Under the pieces are notes generated by a model that had not been told where the DNA came from, searched no databases, and was given only the letters and a program-made list of their open reading frames with translations. Below, in pieces: positions 9,234 through 19,214 of a stretch of 64,000 nucleotides of DNA (its first letter is position 1; each line of letters opens with the position of its first letter). Origin of the DNA: a candidate division FCPU426 bacterium (GTDB lineage: Bacteria; Oederibacteriota; Muellerivitia; Muellerivitales; Muellerivitaceae); the NCBI GenBank assembly GCA_963796105.1, contig CAWCKJ010000004.1:672001-736000 (forward strand), given 5' to 3'. A program made the translations under genes and the position numbers.

Positions 9234-9267
9234 TTAACTGGTAACCGAATTGATGTGTTGGTGATTT

Positions 9268-9648
9268 TTACGAGACAATCTTTTTACGATATTTGACTTC
9301 CGGTAAACCCTCAAAATCAGCGTCTTGAGTCCAAATGACCGCGCCATGGGATTTCGCAACCGCCAATATGATGCTGTCGGCCATGGGAAGCCGGTGTTTT
9401 AAACTTAAGGATGCGGCCCTAAACGATAGGGCGGCGGTTAAATCCACCACCAACCCCTGGCGCATAGCGGTGGTTTTCTCCAAGGCTTCTTTTTTGCCTT
9501 CTTGCCGAAGTATGGACTTAAAAACCTCATACAGGCAAATCGAGGGGACAATGAGCCGTTTTTGGTCCTCGATGGCTGGGGCAAAGAATCCCGCGTTAGG
9601 CCCCCCCGCGAAATATTCCAGCCAAGCGGAGGAATCAACAACGTTCAT
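9268..9648 (-). CDS. vapC: VapC PIN-domain toxin
   Basis: MNVVDSSAWLEYF...LYEV...ADSII...TQDADF. Confidence 0.92.
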   Translation of the reverse strand: MNVVDSSAWLEYFAGGPNAGFFAPAIEDQKRLIVPSICLYEVFKSILRQEGKKEALEKTTAMRQGLVVDLTAALSFRAASLSLKHRLPMADSIILAVAKSHGAVIWTQDADFEGLPEVKYRKKIVS

Positions 9649-9854
9649 GCGCGGTCTTTCTTATCGCGCGGAACATCCGTGTCCAACCCCTTAAGGGATC
9701 CGCGGAGGGTTCGCATTTCCTTGACCGGAACCAATTCGACGCACCCCTCGAATTCGATGACGTCGAATTTTTGTCCGGGTTTGATGTTCAACCCTTTTCT
9801 GACATTTTCCGGTATAACAACCTGAAATTTAGGGGAGACGGTTACGGTGCTCAT
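9645..9854 (-). CDS. AbrB/MazE-family antitoxin
   Basis: MSTVTVSPKFQVVIPENVRKGLNIKPGQ; GGAGG RBS supports ATG 9854. Confidence 0.9.
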   Translation of the reverse strand: MSTVTVSPKFQVVIPENVRKGLNIKPGQKFDVIEFEGCVELVPVKEMRTLRGSLKGLDTDVPRDKKDRA

Positions 9855-10035
9855 GGGTCCTCCATCGATAAGGTTATAGTACAACAATATCACTATCGAT
9901 AAAAACATTCAAGAAAGAGGCTCCAGACTCCTTTTGGGGCAAAGAATGAAGGGGTTTTTGGTCCCCTTGCGGGAATAGCAATCAATTGATATCATGATAT
10001 CGAATTTAAACTTACCATTCATTATGGAGGAACCC

Positions 10036-10287
10036 ATGGCCCAACTCATCGTCCGGAATTTAGATGACAGCGTGAAGATGAAACTGAGCCAAAGGGCCCG
10101 GAAGAATGGGCACAGCACGGAGGAAGAAGTTCGGAATATCTTGAGAAACGCGGTCGGGAAGGCCGGGAGCCGCGCCCCCGTGCCTTTAGGCGCCAGGTTC
10201 AAGGCGCGGTTCAGCAAGATAGGGCTGACCAGGGAAATCCCCGAATTGCGCGGGCAACATGCCAGGCCCGCCGGCCTGGTCCCATGA
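10036..10287 (+). CDS. FitA-like ribbon-helix-helix antitoxin
   Basis: MAQLIVRNLDD.VK..L..RA..NGHSTEEEVRNIL; GATATCATGATATC palindrome upstream. Confidence 0.9.
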   Translation: MAQLIVRNLDDSVKMKLSQRARKNGHSTEEEVRNILRNAVGKAGSRAPVPLGARFKARFSKIGLTREIPELRGQHARPAGLVP

Positions 10288-10703
10288 TCCTGCTCGATAC
10301 GAATATCCTTTCCGCATTGATGCTTCGAAAACCGGATCCTACGGTTGTTTCATGGTTGGACCGCCAGCCCATTGAATCGGTCTGGACTACGACCATCACG
10401 GTATTTGAAATACGCTTTGGCATTGAGGGCATGGCGGAGGGGCGTAAACGGCATCAGCTGGAGGGGATTTTTAACCAAGCTTTGGAGGAGGATTTGGAAG
10501 GCCGTGTCCTTCCATTTGACTTGGATGCGGCTCGGGCATCCGCCTTGATCGCAGCCCAGCAAAGAAAAATTGGGCGTCCGGTTGAGATCCGGGATGTCCA
10601 AATCGCCGGGATCGCTTTAGCCCGCAAGGCCGCATTAGCCACCAACAATACCAGGCATTTTCAAGGGCTTGGGATCCATCTGATTGATCCCTCGAAAACC
10701 TAG
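10284..10703 (+). CDS. vapC: FitB/VapC PIN-domain toxin
   Basis: MILLDTNILS...EIRFGI...DVQIAGIA...ATNNTRHF. Confidence 0.92.
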   Translation: MILLDTNILSALMLRKPDPTVVSWLDRQPIESVWTTTITVFEIRFGIEGMAEGRKRHQLEGIFNQALEEDLEGRVLPFDLDAARASALIAAQQRKIGRPVEIRDVQIAGIALARKAALATNNTRHFQGLGIHLIDPSKT

Positions 10704-10770
10704 CCCTGGGGGCGGGGTTGGAATGACCCCGCTCCCTAGGCCGCTTCCCCGCCGCCTGGGCGGCGTGGCC

Positions 10771-11655
10771 TTAATGGCCGATATGCACGTTGACGTCCAC
10801 GCCGCCGCCCACGTTCAAGTTCAGGTTGGCGCTGCCGTCCGTGGCCAAATAAGTCCCGCCGTTGTTCACGTAGAGGACTCCCGAGTTTGGATCCTGCGCG
10901 TACCAGGCCCCGTCGTTCCAGAACACCCAGCGGCTGGCGGCCGGGTCATACCACCACCAATGGTCCTGGTAGCGGCGGGTGAAGAAATAACGGTCCCCGA
11001 TGTAAAAGCCGTACCAGTGGTAGCCGTAGCTGTCATAATAATGGTTGTAGATGAACCCTTGCGGGTCGTAATGCCAATAGTAGCGGTTCGGCTCGTTCTC
11101 ATTGGGATAGTCATAGGCGAAATTCCCCCCGTCAATGTAGGCCATGTGGTCGTGGATGTAGGGGTCATGGTAAAAACTTTCCCGGTCATATTGCCTTTGG
11201 CTTAGGGCATAACCGTCGGGCCCGCGATGGGGATAGACGATCCGGTCATGCCGCCTGTCCGCGACCATCAATTGTTTGCGCTCGAACCGCTGGGGGAAAT
11301 GCTCCACACCCATCGACTTGAACTTCGGGGGAACGGGATGGGGATCGCAGTAGCGCTGGACCGGACGGGGTGCCGCGGCATGGGGGGCGGCGGCGGATTG
11401 CGCGGCCCATTTGGGGCGCGGGGCGACGGGCCTGGCGGCGGCCCTGGGGGCCGGCTTCGCCATGGCATTGAGCGCGGGCTTGAGCGCCGGTTTCGCCATG
11501 GCCTTGGGAGCCGGCTTCGGCGCGGGCTTAGGCGCGTGCTTGGGCGCGGGTTTCGGCGTGGGTTTTGGTGAGGGGCCCGCCAAAAGCAGACCGGGGATCG
11601 ATAACCAAACTGCAGCTAGGAACAAACCGCTCTTATGACTCCAAAAACTTTTCAT
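10771..11655 (-). CDS. Secreted protein with PAPK repeats and Tyr/Trp/His-rich C-terminal region
   Basis: Signal peptide, PKPAPK repeats, YYWHY/YHWYGFY/HWWWYD/RWVFW segments; GGAGG RBS. Confidence 0.7.
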   Translation of the reverse strand: MKSFWSHKSGLFLAAVWLSIPGLLLAGPSPKPTPKPAPKHAPKPAPKPAPKAMAKPALKPALNAMAKPAPRAAARPVAPRPKWAAQSAAAPHAAAPRPVQRYCDPHPVPPKFKSMGVEHFPQRFERKQLMVADRRHDRIVYPHRGPDGYALSQRQYDRESFYHDPYIHDHMAYIDGGNFAYDYPNENEPNRYYWHYDPQGFIYNHYYDSYGYHWYGFYIGDRYFFTRRYQDHWWWYDPAASRWVFWNDGAWYAQDPNSGVLYVNNGGTYLATDGSANLNLNVGGGVDVNVHIGH

Positions 11656-11813
11656 CCCATCCTCCTCGATATAAAAATTTAATACGGCGAGCCAAGAAAA
11701 AATCCGGATTCCCCGGATCGCCTGATCCAGAAAAGCCGCCTGATCATTGAGTGTGTATTATAGGTTATCCGGCAATGATCAAGCGCATGAAAAGGGGGGC
11801 CAAAATGGGGTAA

Positions 11814-12037
11814 TCACCACAGGGGCTCAGAGACCCAGAGAAAGGACTATCCCTACACACCTGTCCAAAACAATCTTTCGCCACGGATGTGCCGATTCTC
11901 CATAAATCTATAAAAGAATTTAGCTGTGCCTCTGTCCCACATCCCCAAAGATCCTTAATTGAATTGCGGGACTATACCAACCTCCTAAATAGTTTTATGG
12001 AAGGTTGGCATGTGCGGCGTGAAGCGCCACTGTGGTT
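11814..12037. repeat. Composite intergenic repeat cluster
   Basis: CACCACAGGGGCTCAGAGACCCAGAG, GCCACGGATG, CTGTGCCTCTG, TACCAACC...GGTTGGCA, CTGTGGTT. Confidence 0.7.
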
Positions 12038-12058
12038 AAACTTTTTTTGTCCGGAGTT

Positions 12059-12697
12059 TTAAGGGTTTTTGGGCAAAGACTGCGCGCTGGGCACACTACT
12101 ATCTTTACGCATCTGGGGCATCTGCATTCCCTGCGGCATTTGCACCCCGCTGGGTATCTGCATCCCATTCGGCATTTGCATCCCGCTGGGCATGGCCATT
12201 CCCGGGGGCATTCCCTGGGGCCGGTTTAACTGCGCCTGAGTCAGGTTGGGCTTCTTGCCGTTTCCCAAGGCCGTTTGGAACTTGGTGACGTGGTCCTTCC
12301 ACATGGGGCAGTTAAGGTCCCGGATGATGCATTCCGCCACGCTCATCTTGCACCCGCAGGCGCAAAGTTCCGTGTTGAATTGCGCCATGACGGAGGCCTT
12401 CTTTGCCGCGGAGACGCCCGTGAAATTGATGACCTTCAAGGCATCCTCGGTGACGGGAACCGGCGTGGTGGCGGGGGGAGGCGTCATCTGCATATTGGCT
12501 TTCAGCATGTCTTCCATGCTCGGCTGGCCGTTATTCACCGGCCGGGCGAACCATCCCGCCGCGAAGGAGATGACCATCAAGGCGCCTACGATGACGCCAT
12601 AGGTGATTTTTTTGCGGGTTTCCGGGGACAGGGATGGCGGTTCCGGCGTATTTTCTTTCGTATTTTCACTTTCAGTCGTCTGGTTTTCCTCGTTCAC
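12059..12697 (-). CDS. Single-TM protein with CxCxC-x6-C-x6-C motif and GMQMP repeats
   Basis: ELCACGCKMSVAECIIRDLNCP; repeated GM(Q/A)(M/I)P pentapeptides. Confidence 0.75.
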   Translation of the reverse strand: MNEENQTTESENTKENTPEPPSLSPETRKKITYGVIVGALMVISFAAGWFARPVNNGQPSMEDMLKANMQMTPPPATTPVPVTEDALKVINFTGVSAAKKASVMAQFNTELCACGCKMSVAECIIRDLNCPMWKDHVTKFQTALGNGKKPNLTQAQLNRPQGMPPGMAMPSGMQMPNGMQIPSGVQMPQGMQMPQMRKDSSVPSAQSLPKNP

Positions 12698-12960
12698 GCT
12701 TCCCCCTTGGTTTAAGACGTTTCAGGCCTAGGCGGTCATCATACCTTTTTTATTCTCCAAAACACAAACATCTCTCGTATTAAATTCGTCGGATTAAAGA
12801 AAAAACTTCCCTCAAAAATCTTCTTTTCACCACAGTCTGCCTTCGGCAGAGCACAGAGGCACAGTAGGGAAAAACTTCAGTATTTTAACGGCTTGAAATC
12901 TGCGACAACTAGCATTGGCGCGAAGCGCCACAGTTTTAAAGGGACAACCCTTCGGTGAAT

Positions 12961-13959
12961 TTAGGGCAGGGTCACGGATTGGTTCCAGGAATCCAATGAC
13001 TCGAAAGTGCAGCCCGCGGCGAAAGCGCCGTTCGTGATGCTGGTGGTATTGCTTTGGACCTGGGTGGAAACGGTATAGATGCTTCCCGATCCCGCCGGGT
13101 AGGCGTTCGAGGCACCGCTATCGGGAAGATTCACCGGCGAGGCCGCTGTCGCGTAGGCTCCGTTAAAAGTGTAGGTGCTGCCCGGGTAAGTTTCCAGGAC
13201 CGTCACCAACCCGGTACTGGCCGGATATAACCAGCTCACCTGGGTTACCGCGTTACCGTTGGTTGAATCGGCCGCGAGGGAAATGCCCCCCGCGGCGGTG
13301 ATGGAGGCCGAGGCCGTCACACCCTCAAAACCCGTGGATAACACGTAAACGTCATTCGCTTGGTAAATAAAAGTTGATGTGTAGTAATAACCGTAATACT
13401 GGCCGGAATAAGTGACGGGACCGCTGTAGGGTATCGGAACAGTGACCCCCGCTCCGGCAAGGGAGACGGCGGCGGTTGAGACGGGTTGGCCGTTAGCCTG
13501 GACCGCGACATAGGCCTCTATGGCGGCGACATTGTAAGGCGCTTGGTTGTTATCACGGATCAGTCCCGCGTTGTACCAAAGGATGCTGACTGTCGGGGTA
13601 GTCGTGAGGGTAACTGTAGGGCTTGCCGTTGGGGTGCCGGAAAAAGTTAAAGTGGGGGTGGAAGAAAAGGTAAGAGTCGGGGACGGAGTATGAGTGAAAG
13701 TTTGAGTCGGGGTCATGGTCTTCGTCGAAGTTGGGGTCGGCGAAAAGGTCATCGTGTTCGTAACGGTCTTGGTTGAAGTGGAGGTGCTAGTAAATGTAAA
13801 GGTGGAAGTCAGGAGTGATGAGGTTGGGGTTGTGGATGGCGTCGCCGTGGGGGCCGCTGGGGTGGGCCCCGATGAGTTGTTGCTGGAACTGCAAGCGCCG
13901 AAGAGGCCGGCTGTCGCCGTGAGGATGGAAATGAACAACCAAATATTCCTGTGACTCAT
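12961..13959 (-). CDS. Thr/Pro-stalk lipoprotein (paralog of 1119-1898)
   Basis: LFGAC lipobox, TPT repeats, VQANGQPVSTAAV...PDSGASNAYP. Confidence 0.85.
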   Translation of the reverse strand: MSHRNIWLFISILTATAGLFGACSSSNNSSGPTPAAPTATPSTTPTSSLLTSTFTFTSTSTSTKTVTNTMTFSPTPTSTKTMTPTQTFTHTPSPTLTFSSTPTLTFSGTPTASPTVTLTTTPTVSILWYNAGLIRDNNQAPYNVAAIEAYVAVQANGQPVSTAAVSLAGAGVTVPIPYSGPVTYSGQYYGYYYTSTFIYQANDVYVLSTGFEGVTASASITAAGGISLAADSTNGNAVTQVSWLYPASTGLVTVLETYPGSTYTFNGAYATAASPVNLPDSGASNAYPAGSGSIYTVSTQVQSNTTSITNGAFAAGCTFESLDSWNQSVTLP

Positions 13960-14165
13960 CGGAAACTCCCTAAAACATATTCGTACGGCCTTACGACTGT
14001 TTTTCCACTACCTGAAAACGGGGATTATCTTAAGGGAAGTTGCCTAGATTCAATAAAAATAATCTTTCCCACAAAACTTGGAATTTGCGGGATTTCCTGA
14101 AATTCGAAATTTAAAGTTTCCGCCGTCAATTCCTAACTCCAAACTCCTGATTCCTAATTGCTGGC

Positions 14166-15254
14166 CTATCTGTAGACCGTTTCTTCGATCCCGTCCATGA
14201 ACCAGCAGAGGGAGCCGGCGCTCGCGTTGGTGAGGGACAAGGAATTGCCGACCAGGACCTCAAGGGTGTAGGGGCCGCAATGGGGATAAGCCGTGGACGG
14301 GATATTAAAAGGGGAACTCATGGACGCGGGACCGTCCAGAAAGGTCGTGTAAGAGTTGCTGTCAGACACTATGATCTCGTTGTAATTCCCTCCCCCCGTC
14401 CAACTGAAGGAGGAACCGTCCGGCGCCACGTTGAGGTTTCCCGGGTAAACGCCCGAGCCCGTGACGGTGCCGGCCGTGGTCACTATTTTGAGGCTGTAGG
14501 ATTGGCCTGCCGTCATGCCGATTCCGCCCGAATAGGATGCCAGCGTATAGCCGTTGTTCGTGACGCTTCCCGAATAGGTCAAGGGTGCCGACCCCCCCGT
14601 CCAGGACAAGGTGATGCCGGCGTCCGACACAGGAGATTGGTTGACGGCCAAATCGACAAAGGCGGCGTTGACATTAAAACTGATCCCCAAAATGCTCCCA
14701 ACGAAGTGGCCGAAGGATCCCTGGACATAAATCCCGCTGGGCAGGGCAAAAGGCGTGGGGCTCAGCGTCGGGGTGTAAGGCACCGAGGGGGTCCAGGGGC
14801 AGGGACTTGGGGTGATCGTGGGTGAATTCGTGATGGTGGGGGTAGCCGTGGGAGTGCCGGTGATCGTGGGAGTTCGGGTCTGGGTGGACGAGAGAATGTT
14901 GGTGGGGGAGTTCGTGATGGTCGGCGAGTAGGTGGCGGTAGGGGAGGAAGTGATCGTCGGCGTCAGGGTGATGGTGGAGGTGTTGGTGATTGTCGGGGAC
15001 AAAGTCTCGGTGGGGCTGTTCGTAATGGTCGGAGTGGGGCTGGCTGTGGCAGTGTCGGTGGAGGTGAAGGTGTCGGTCGGGGTGCAGGTATGACCGCTTC
15101 CATCCGCGCAGGCCGTGCTGGTCAGGGTCGGAGTGGGAGTGTGGGTAGCCGCGGGGGGAGCGGGGGAATTGGGACTGCTGGAGTTACTGCAAGCGCCGAT
15201 TAACGCGGCCGTCACCGCGAGGATGAAAATGAAAAGCCAAATATTCCTATTCAT
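14166..15254 (-). CDS. Thr/Pro-stalk lipoprotein (more distant paralog)
   Basis: LIGAC lipobox, PTITNSPT repeats, AVNQSPVSDA...IPSTAYP. Confidence 0.85.
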   Translation of the reverse strand: MNRNIWLFIFILAVTAALIGACSNSSSPNSPAPPAATHTPTPTLTSTACADGSGHTCTPTDTFTSTDTATASPTPTITNSPTETLSPTITNTSTITLTPTITSSPTATYSPTITNSPTNILSSTQTRTPTITGTPTATPTITNSPTITPSPCPWTPSVPYTPTLSPTPFALPSGIYVQGSFGHFVGSILGISFNVNAAFVDLAVNQSPVSDAGITLSWTGGSAPLTYSGSVTNNGYTLASYSGGIGMTAGQSYSLKIVTTAGTVTGSGVYPGNLNVAPDGSSFSWTGGGNYNEIIVSDSNSYTTFLDGPASMSSPFNIPSTAYPHCGPYTLEVLVGNSLSLTNASAGSLCWFMDGIEETVYR

Positions 15255-15390
15255 CGCAAACCCCCAAAATCATATTCGTTCGGCATTGTACCGATCTCAA
15301 TGTGGTTTTATGGATGATCGGCACAACTGGTCAAATATTAAGTGAAGGGAGAAAGTTTTAAAAGCAAATTGGGCGGTATTGCGGGTAAAT

Positions 15391-15423
15391 AAAAAACCCC
15401 GCCCCACGAAAGTGGAACGGGGT
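15391..15423 (-). terminator. Intrinsic terminator
   Basis: Minus strand ACCCCGTTCCAC-TTTC-GTGGGGCGGGG-TTTTTT after the Xre gene. Confidence 0.7.
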
Positions 15424-15480
15424 CGAGTCCGGGCTACATCACCTCAGGAACGAACGGCGTTCCTTCCCCCGGAAAAATAC

Positions 15481-15705
15481 TTAAATGCCCTCAAATAAAT
15501 GATCCACATTGCAGCCCAGGGCTTTTTGAATCCTGACGATTTTATGGATCGTGATATTCCTTTTGCCTTCCTCCACGGAGCAGATCACCCTTCCGGACAA
15601 GCCGGATTCTCGAGCCACCTTTTCCGGCGATATCCCGTGCTTCTCACGGATTTTTTTGATGTTTTTCCCGAATTTTTGGTAGATACGAGTTTCTGTCGTT
15701 GCCAT
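15481..15705 (-). CDS. Xre/Cro-C1 HTH regulator
   Basis: FGKNIKKIREKHGIS.E.VA..SGLS...I..VEEGKRNIT; GGGAGG RBS supports 15705. Confidence 0.9.
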   Translation of the reverse strand: MATTETRIYQKFGKNIKKIREKHGISPEKVARESGLSGRVICSVEEGKRNITIHKIVRIQKALGCNVDHLFEGI

Positions 15706-15908
15706 AACCATCCTCCCATACATATTTTCCAATCACAGGTTTCATATTGTTTTCCTAAAGAGAATTTTTGTCTTATACCAAAGGTATATAAACGCGGGTA
15801 AATTTTCGGAAATTCGGGAAGGTTCACGGAATGGTTTAGGCTTCAGGAAAATATTTTTCTTGGAAAATATCCGGGTGCCGGAAGGAATAGGCCGCGAGGC
15901 CCGGCTTC

Positions 15909-16874
15909 TCAACCGGAAGTGATGGCGGGCCAGAGTTCCTCGGAATGCTCGCGGAGATTTTTCAATAGGAAGCGACGCCTTTGCCGCGTTTTCCCACCGT
16001 CCCCTTTCTCCCGCGAGGCTTCCCCGAGAATTTCCTGGTCCGCCGATTCCACCTTGTCGTAAACCGCCTGCCAGCGTTTCTTGATGGTGATGGGGGACAA
16101 ACCCAGGGCTTTGGCGATTTCCTCGTCAGTCTCCCCCGCGAGGGCCCGCTTCAGGACTTCCTGCTCCGCGCTGTTGAAATGAAAGCGGGGAGGGCCCATG
16201 AAAGCGATCGCCGCGGTGGTGGTGCCTGTTTTCTTGAGGGCGTCTTTCGTGGTGACCCCCACCAGGTAGGGATGGTTCTTTCCCGCGGTTTTGGGAAGAT
16301 ACTTGGTCCCCAGGAATTCCTTGTAATCGCGGTAGAGGTCGCAACCCATGTGGAGGATCATGTCCCTTTCCTGAGCGTCATAAACCTCCTCGGCGAAATC
16401 CTTGCAGCGGAAACCCCTCAAGAGGGTGACGAAAGCCTGGATGTGGAATTGCCGGATCTTATTGAACCCTTCCTGGTTGTACCTTTGGCCGTCCCATCCC
16501 ACGTGCAGGACCAGCACGTTCAAGCCCGCGCCGGCCTGGGCGTTGTAAACCTCGTTCTTTTTCAGGAAAGGGCGGGTTCCCCTTTTCCATTTCTCAAGCA
16601 CCCTTAAGGGGAGGAAAGGCGGAAGGGTGGTCTTGGCCTCCTCCATGAAACGGTCGGTGGCGAAAAAGGTGAGACCGAAGCCCACATGCCTTTGTCCCGC
16701 CGGCTGGTCGCGGTCCTCAATCACGTGGGAGACACAGGCGCGCTCCTCGAGGAGGGTTTTCCAGAGTGAAAGAACATCCTTCTCCATTTCCACGCCGTAG
16801 CGGTAGCGGGCGCGGATGAAGGGATAAGAGGGCTCCAAGTCGGCCATTTCGGTCAATCGGTAGCTCAGGTACAT
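15909..16874 (-). CDS. Transcriptional regulator with C-terminal LuxR-type HTH and uncharacterised N-terminal domain
   Basis: FNSAEQEVLKRALAGETDEEIAKALGLSPITIKKRW. Confidence 0.8.
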   Translation of the reverse strand: MYLSYRLTEMADLEPSYPFIRARYRYGVEMEKDVLSLWKTLLEERACVSHVIEDRDQPAGQRHVGFGLTFFATDRFMEEAKTTLPPFLPLRVLEKWKRGTRPFLKKNEVYNAQAGAGLNVLVLHVGWDGQRYNQEGFNKIRQFHIQAFVTLLRGFRCKDFAEEVYDAQERDMILHMGCDLYRDYKEFLGTKYLPKTAGKNHPYLVGVTTKDALKKTGTTTAAIAFMGPPRFHFNSAEQEVLKRALAGETDEEIAKALGLSPITIKKRWQAVYDKVESADQEILGEASREKGDGGKTRQRRRFLLKNLREHSEELWPAITSG

Positions 16875-17061
16875 GGCGTACTTCCCGTCTTTAATTCATC
16901 CATCGGCGAGAGGCGGTCCAACCTTCTATGTTTCCAGGAGAAAATTCCAGGGGATAAAACTGTTTTATTGGGAGAAAAAATTTCACGGGTACGTTTAAAT
17001 ACCAGTGTTTGGCCGCGGCTTCCGACTCCCGGACCCAGGGCCCGTTGATACGGCCACTGGA

Positions 17062-17292
17062 TTAAATATTCCCAAAGAGTTTGCCGAAAGGACACCGCAA
17101 GGCCTTTTGCAATTTGACGACATTTTTCAGAGTGATGCTTCTTTCGCCGCGTTCCACGAACCCCACGAAATTGCCGGCCATATCCGCCTTCTCTCCCAAC
17201 TCGGCCTGGGTCCAACCCCGCTTCTTGCGGATGTCGCGGATGTTCGCGCCGAATTGAAGGAGAGTTTGCTGATCTTTTTTATTCCTTGGCAT
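17062..17292 (-). CDS. Xre/Cro-C1 HTH regulator
   Basis: FGANIRDIRKKRGWTQAELGEKA...VERGERSITL; GGAGG RBS. Confidence 0.9.
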   Translation of the reverse strand: MPRNKKDQQTLLQFGANIRDIRKKRGWTQAELGEKADMAGNFVGFVERGERSITLKNVVKLQKALRCPFGKLFGNI

Positions 17293-17383
17293 GTGAACCT
17301 CCAGAAGTGTTTCCAAAATCAGCGGGACTTCCCAACAAATCCCGCGTTATTCAATTAAGAGCACCTCTAAATATTCATTTAGA

Positions 17384-17476
17384 CCCTCGCCCCATGAGGG
17401 AGAGGGTAGGGTAAGGGGTATTTATTCAAAGCATTTCCACCCTCATCCCAACCTTCTCCCCTCCAGGGAGAAGGAG
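17384..17476. repeat. REP-like palindromic element (CCCTCATCCCAACCTTCTCCC...GGGAGAAGG type)
   Basis: Two inverted hairpin units: CCCTCGCCCCATGAGGGAGAGGGTAGGGTAAGGGG and CCCTCATCCCAACCTTCTCCCCTCCAGGGAGAAGG. Confidence 0.65.
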
Positions 17477-17906
17477 CACAACAATTTCTAGAGGCTCCTT
17501 TAATATTATGTTAAAAATTTGAATTTGAGGAGATTCTTTTGCAACGAATGGTCAAGAATCTCAATAAGCAATGACTATTGGGTGTTCCTTTTGTGATCAT
17601 TTCCCCGGAAAATTCACTGCCGATCAGATTACTTTTCATCCAAATATTGATAAGGCCCGTTCAGTGAGTGGAGGCGATTCACCCCACCAGCGGAATTTAG
17701 GCTTGAGAATCAAAAAAAATTTATTTCCTCCAGCCGTCTTTTGGCAGGACTTATGCTTCCACCTTCCTCCAAGCCGGCTCGGACCCTTTTCGCCGCTCCC
17801 CTTGCTTTCCAAAGGACACCTCCCGTAAGGTAAAGGTGAGAGGTTAGGCCACACACCTTACCCCCCGTTCAGCGGCAGGTTCTCCCTGCCGGGAATCGAG
17901 AACGCG

Positions 17907-19202
17907 ATGGAAGACCTCGTGATTCTGGATGGCATACGAACGCCCTTCCTGAGGGCCGGGACCCCCGGGCACCACGCCTCGGCCCAGGAGCTGGCCCGCC
18001 AGGTCCTGGTGGCCCTGCTCAAGAAGACCTCCGTTCCCCCCGGCGAGGTGGACGAGGTGGTCCTCGGGTGCGTGGAACAGCCGGTGGACGCCCCCAACCT
18101 GGCCCGGGTCACGGCCATCCAGGCGGGTTTCCCCCTCCAGGTGACGGCCCAGACCGTCCAGCGCAACTGCTCCTCCTCCATGCAGTCCGTCACCACCGCC
18201 TGGGACATGATCCGCTCGGGAAGGGCCGAGGTGGTCGTGGCGGGTGGCGCGGAATCCCTCTCCAACAGCCCCCTTCTCTTCAACGACGCCTTCACCGGAC
18301 TCTTCAACCGTTGGGTCCACGCCAAGACTCCCTCCGCCAAATGGAAAGTCTTCTCCTGCTTCCGTCCCAAGATGCTCGTTCCCCGCGTGGCCTTGGCCGA
18401 GGGCCTGACCGACCCCATCTGCGGGTTGAACATGGGCCAGACGGCGGAACTGCTTTCCCGCGAGGTCGGAATCAGCCGGAGGGAGCAGGATGAATTCGCC
18501 CTGGAATCCCACCGCCGGGCCGGCCTTGCCGCCCAAAGCGGCCGCTTAGCCAGGGAAATTTCACCGATCTTCCCTCCCCCGGATTTCGAGCCCATCACGG
18601 CCGACAACGGCATCCGCCCCCAGGGGACCCTGGAGGCGCTCGCCAAACTCCCCCCCCTCTTCGACAAGCACCATGGAACGGTCACTGCGGGCAATTCCAG
18701 CCAGATCACGGACGGTGCCGTAGCCCTCCTGATTACAACCCGCTCCCGCGCCCAAGCCTGGGGGGTGAAACCCCTGGTGAAAATCACGGGTTTCGCCTAC
18801 GCCGGACTGGACCCCAGGCATATGGGCCTGGGGCCGGTCACAAGCACCGCCAAACTATTGGAGCGCCTGGGGCGCCCCCTCTCCGGCATGAGTCTTATCG
18901 AAATCAATGAAGCTTTCGCGGCCCAAGTGCTATCCTGCCTCCGGTTGTTCGAGTCGGACGCCCTGGCCTCCAAGTTCCTGGGGCTCTCCCGGGCGCCGGG
19001 GGCCATCAACCGGGATATCCTGAACGTCAACGGGGGTGCCATCGCGCTGGGGCATCCGGTGGGGTCCAGCGGGGGACGATTGCTTCTCACCCTCGCGCTG
19101 GAGCTGTCGGAAAGAAACCTGGAGACAGGCCTCGCCACCCTCTGCGTGGGCGGCGGCCAGGGGGCTTCCTTCGTTTTGGAGCGGACTTCATACACCAGGT
19201 AA
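17907..19202 (+). CDS. Acetyl-CoA C-acyltransferase (thiolase, FadA/FadI type)
   Basis: TVQRNCSSS catalytic Cys, EINEAFA, GHPVG, LCVGGGQG. Confidence 0.95.
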   Translation: MEDLVILDGIRTPFLRAGTPGHHASAQELARQVLVALLKKTSVPPGEVDEVVLGCVEQPVDAPNLARVTAIQAGFPLQVTAQTVQRNCSSSMQSVTTAWDMIRSGRAEVVVAGGAESLSNSPLLFNDAFTGLFNRWVHAKTPSAKWKVFSCFRPKMLVPRVALAEGLTDPICGLNMGQTAELLSREVGISRREQDEFALESHRRAGLAAQSGRLAREISPIFPPPDFEPITADNGIRPQGTLEALAKLPPLFDKHHGTVTAGNSSQITDGAVALLITTRSRAQAWGVKPLVKITGFAYAGLDPRHMGLGPVTSTAKLLERLGRPLSGMSLIEINEAFAAQVLSCLRLFESDALASKFLGLSRAPGAINRDILNVNGGAIALGHPVGSSGGRLLLTLALELSERNLETGLATLCVGGGQGASFVLERTSYTR

Positions 19203-19214
19203 AGGAGGATACGC

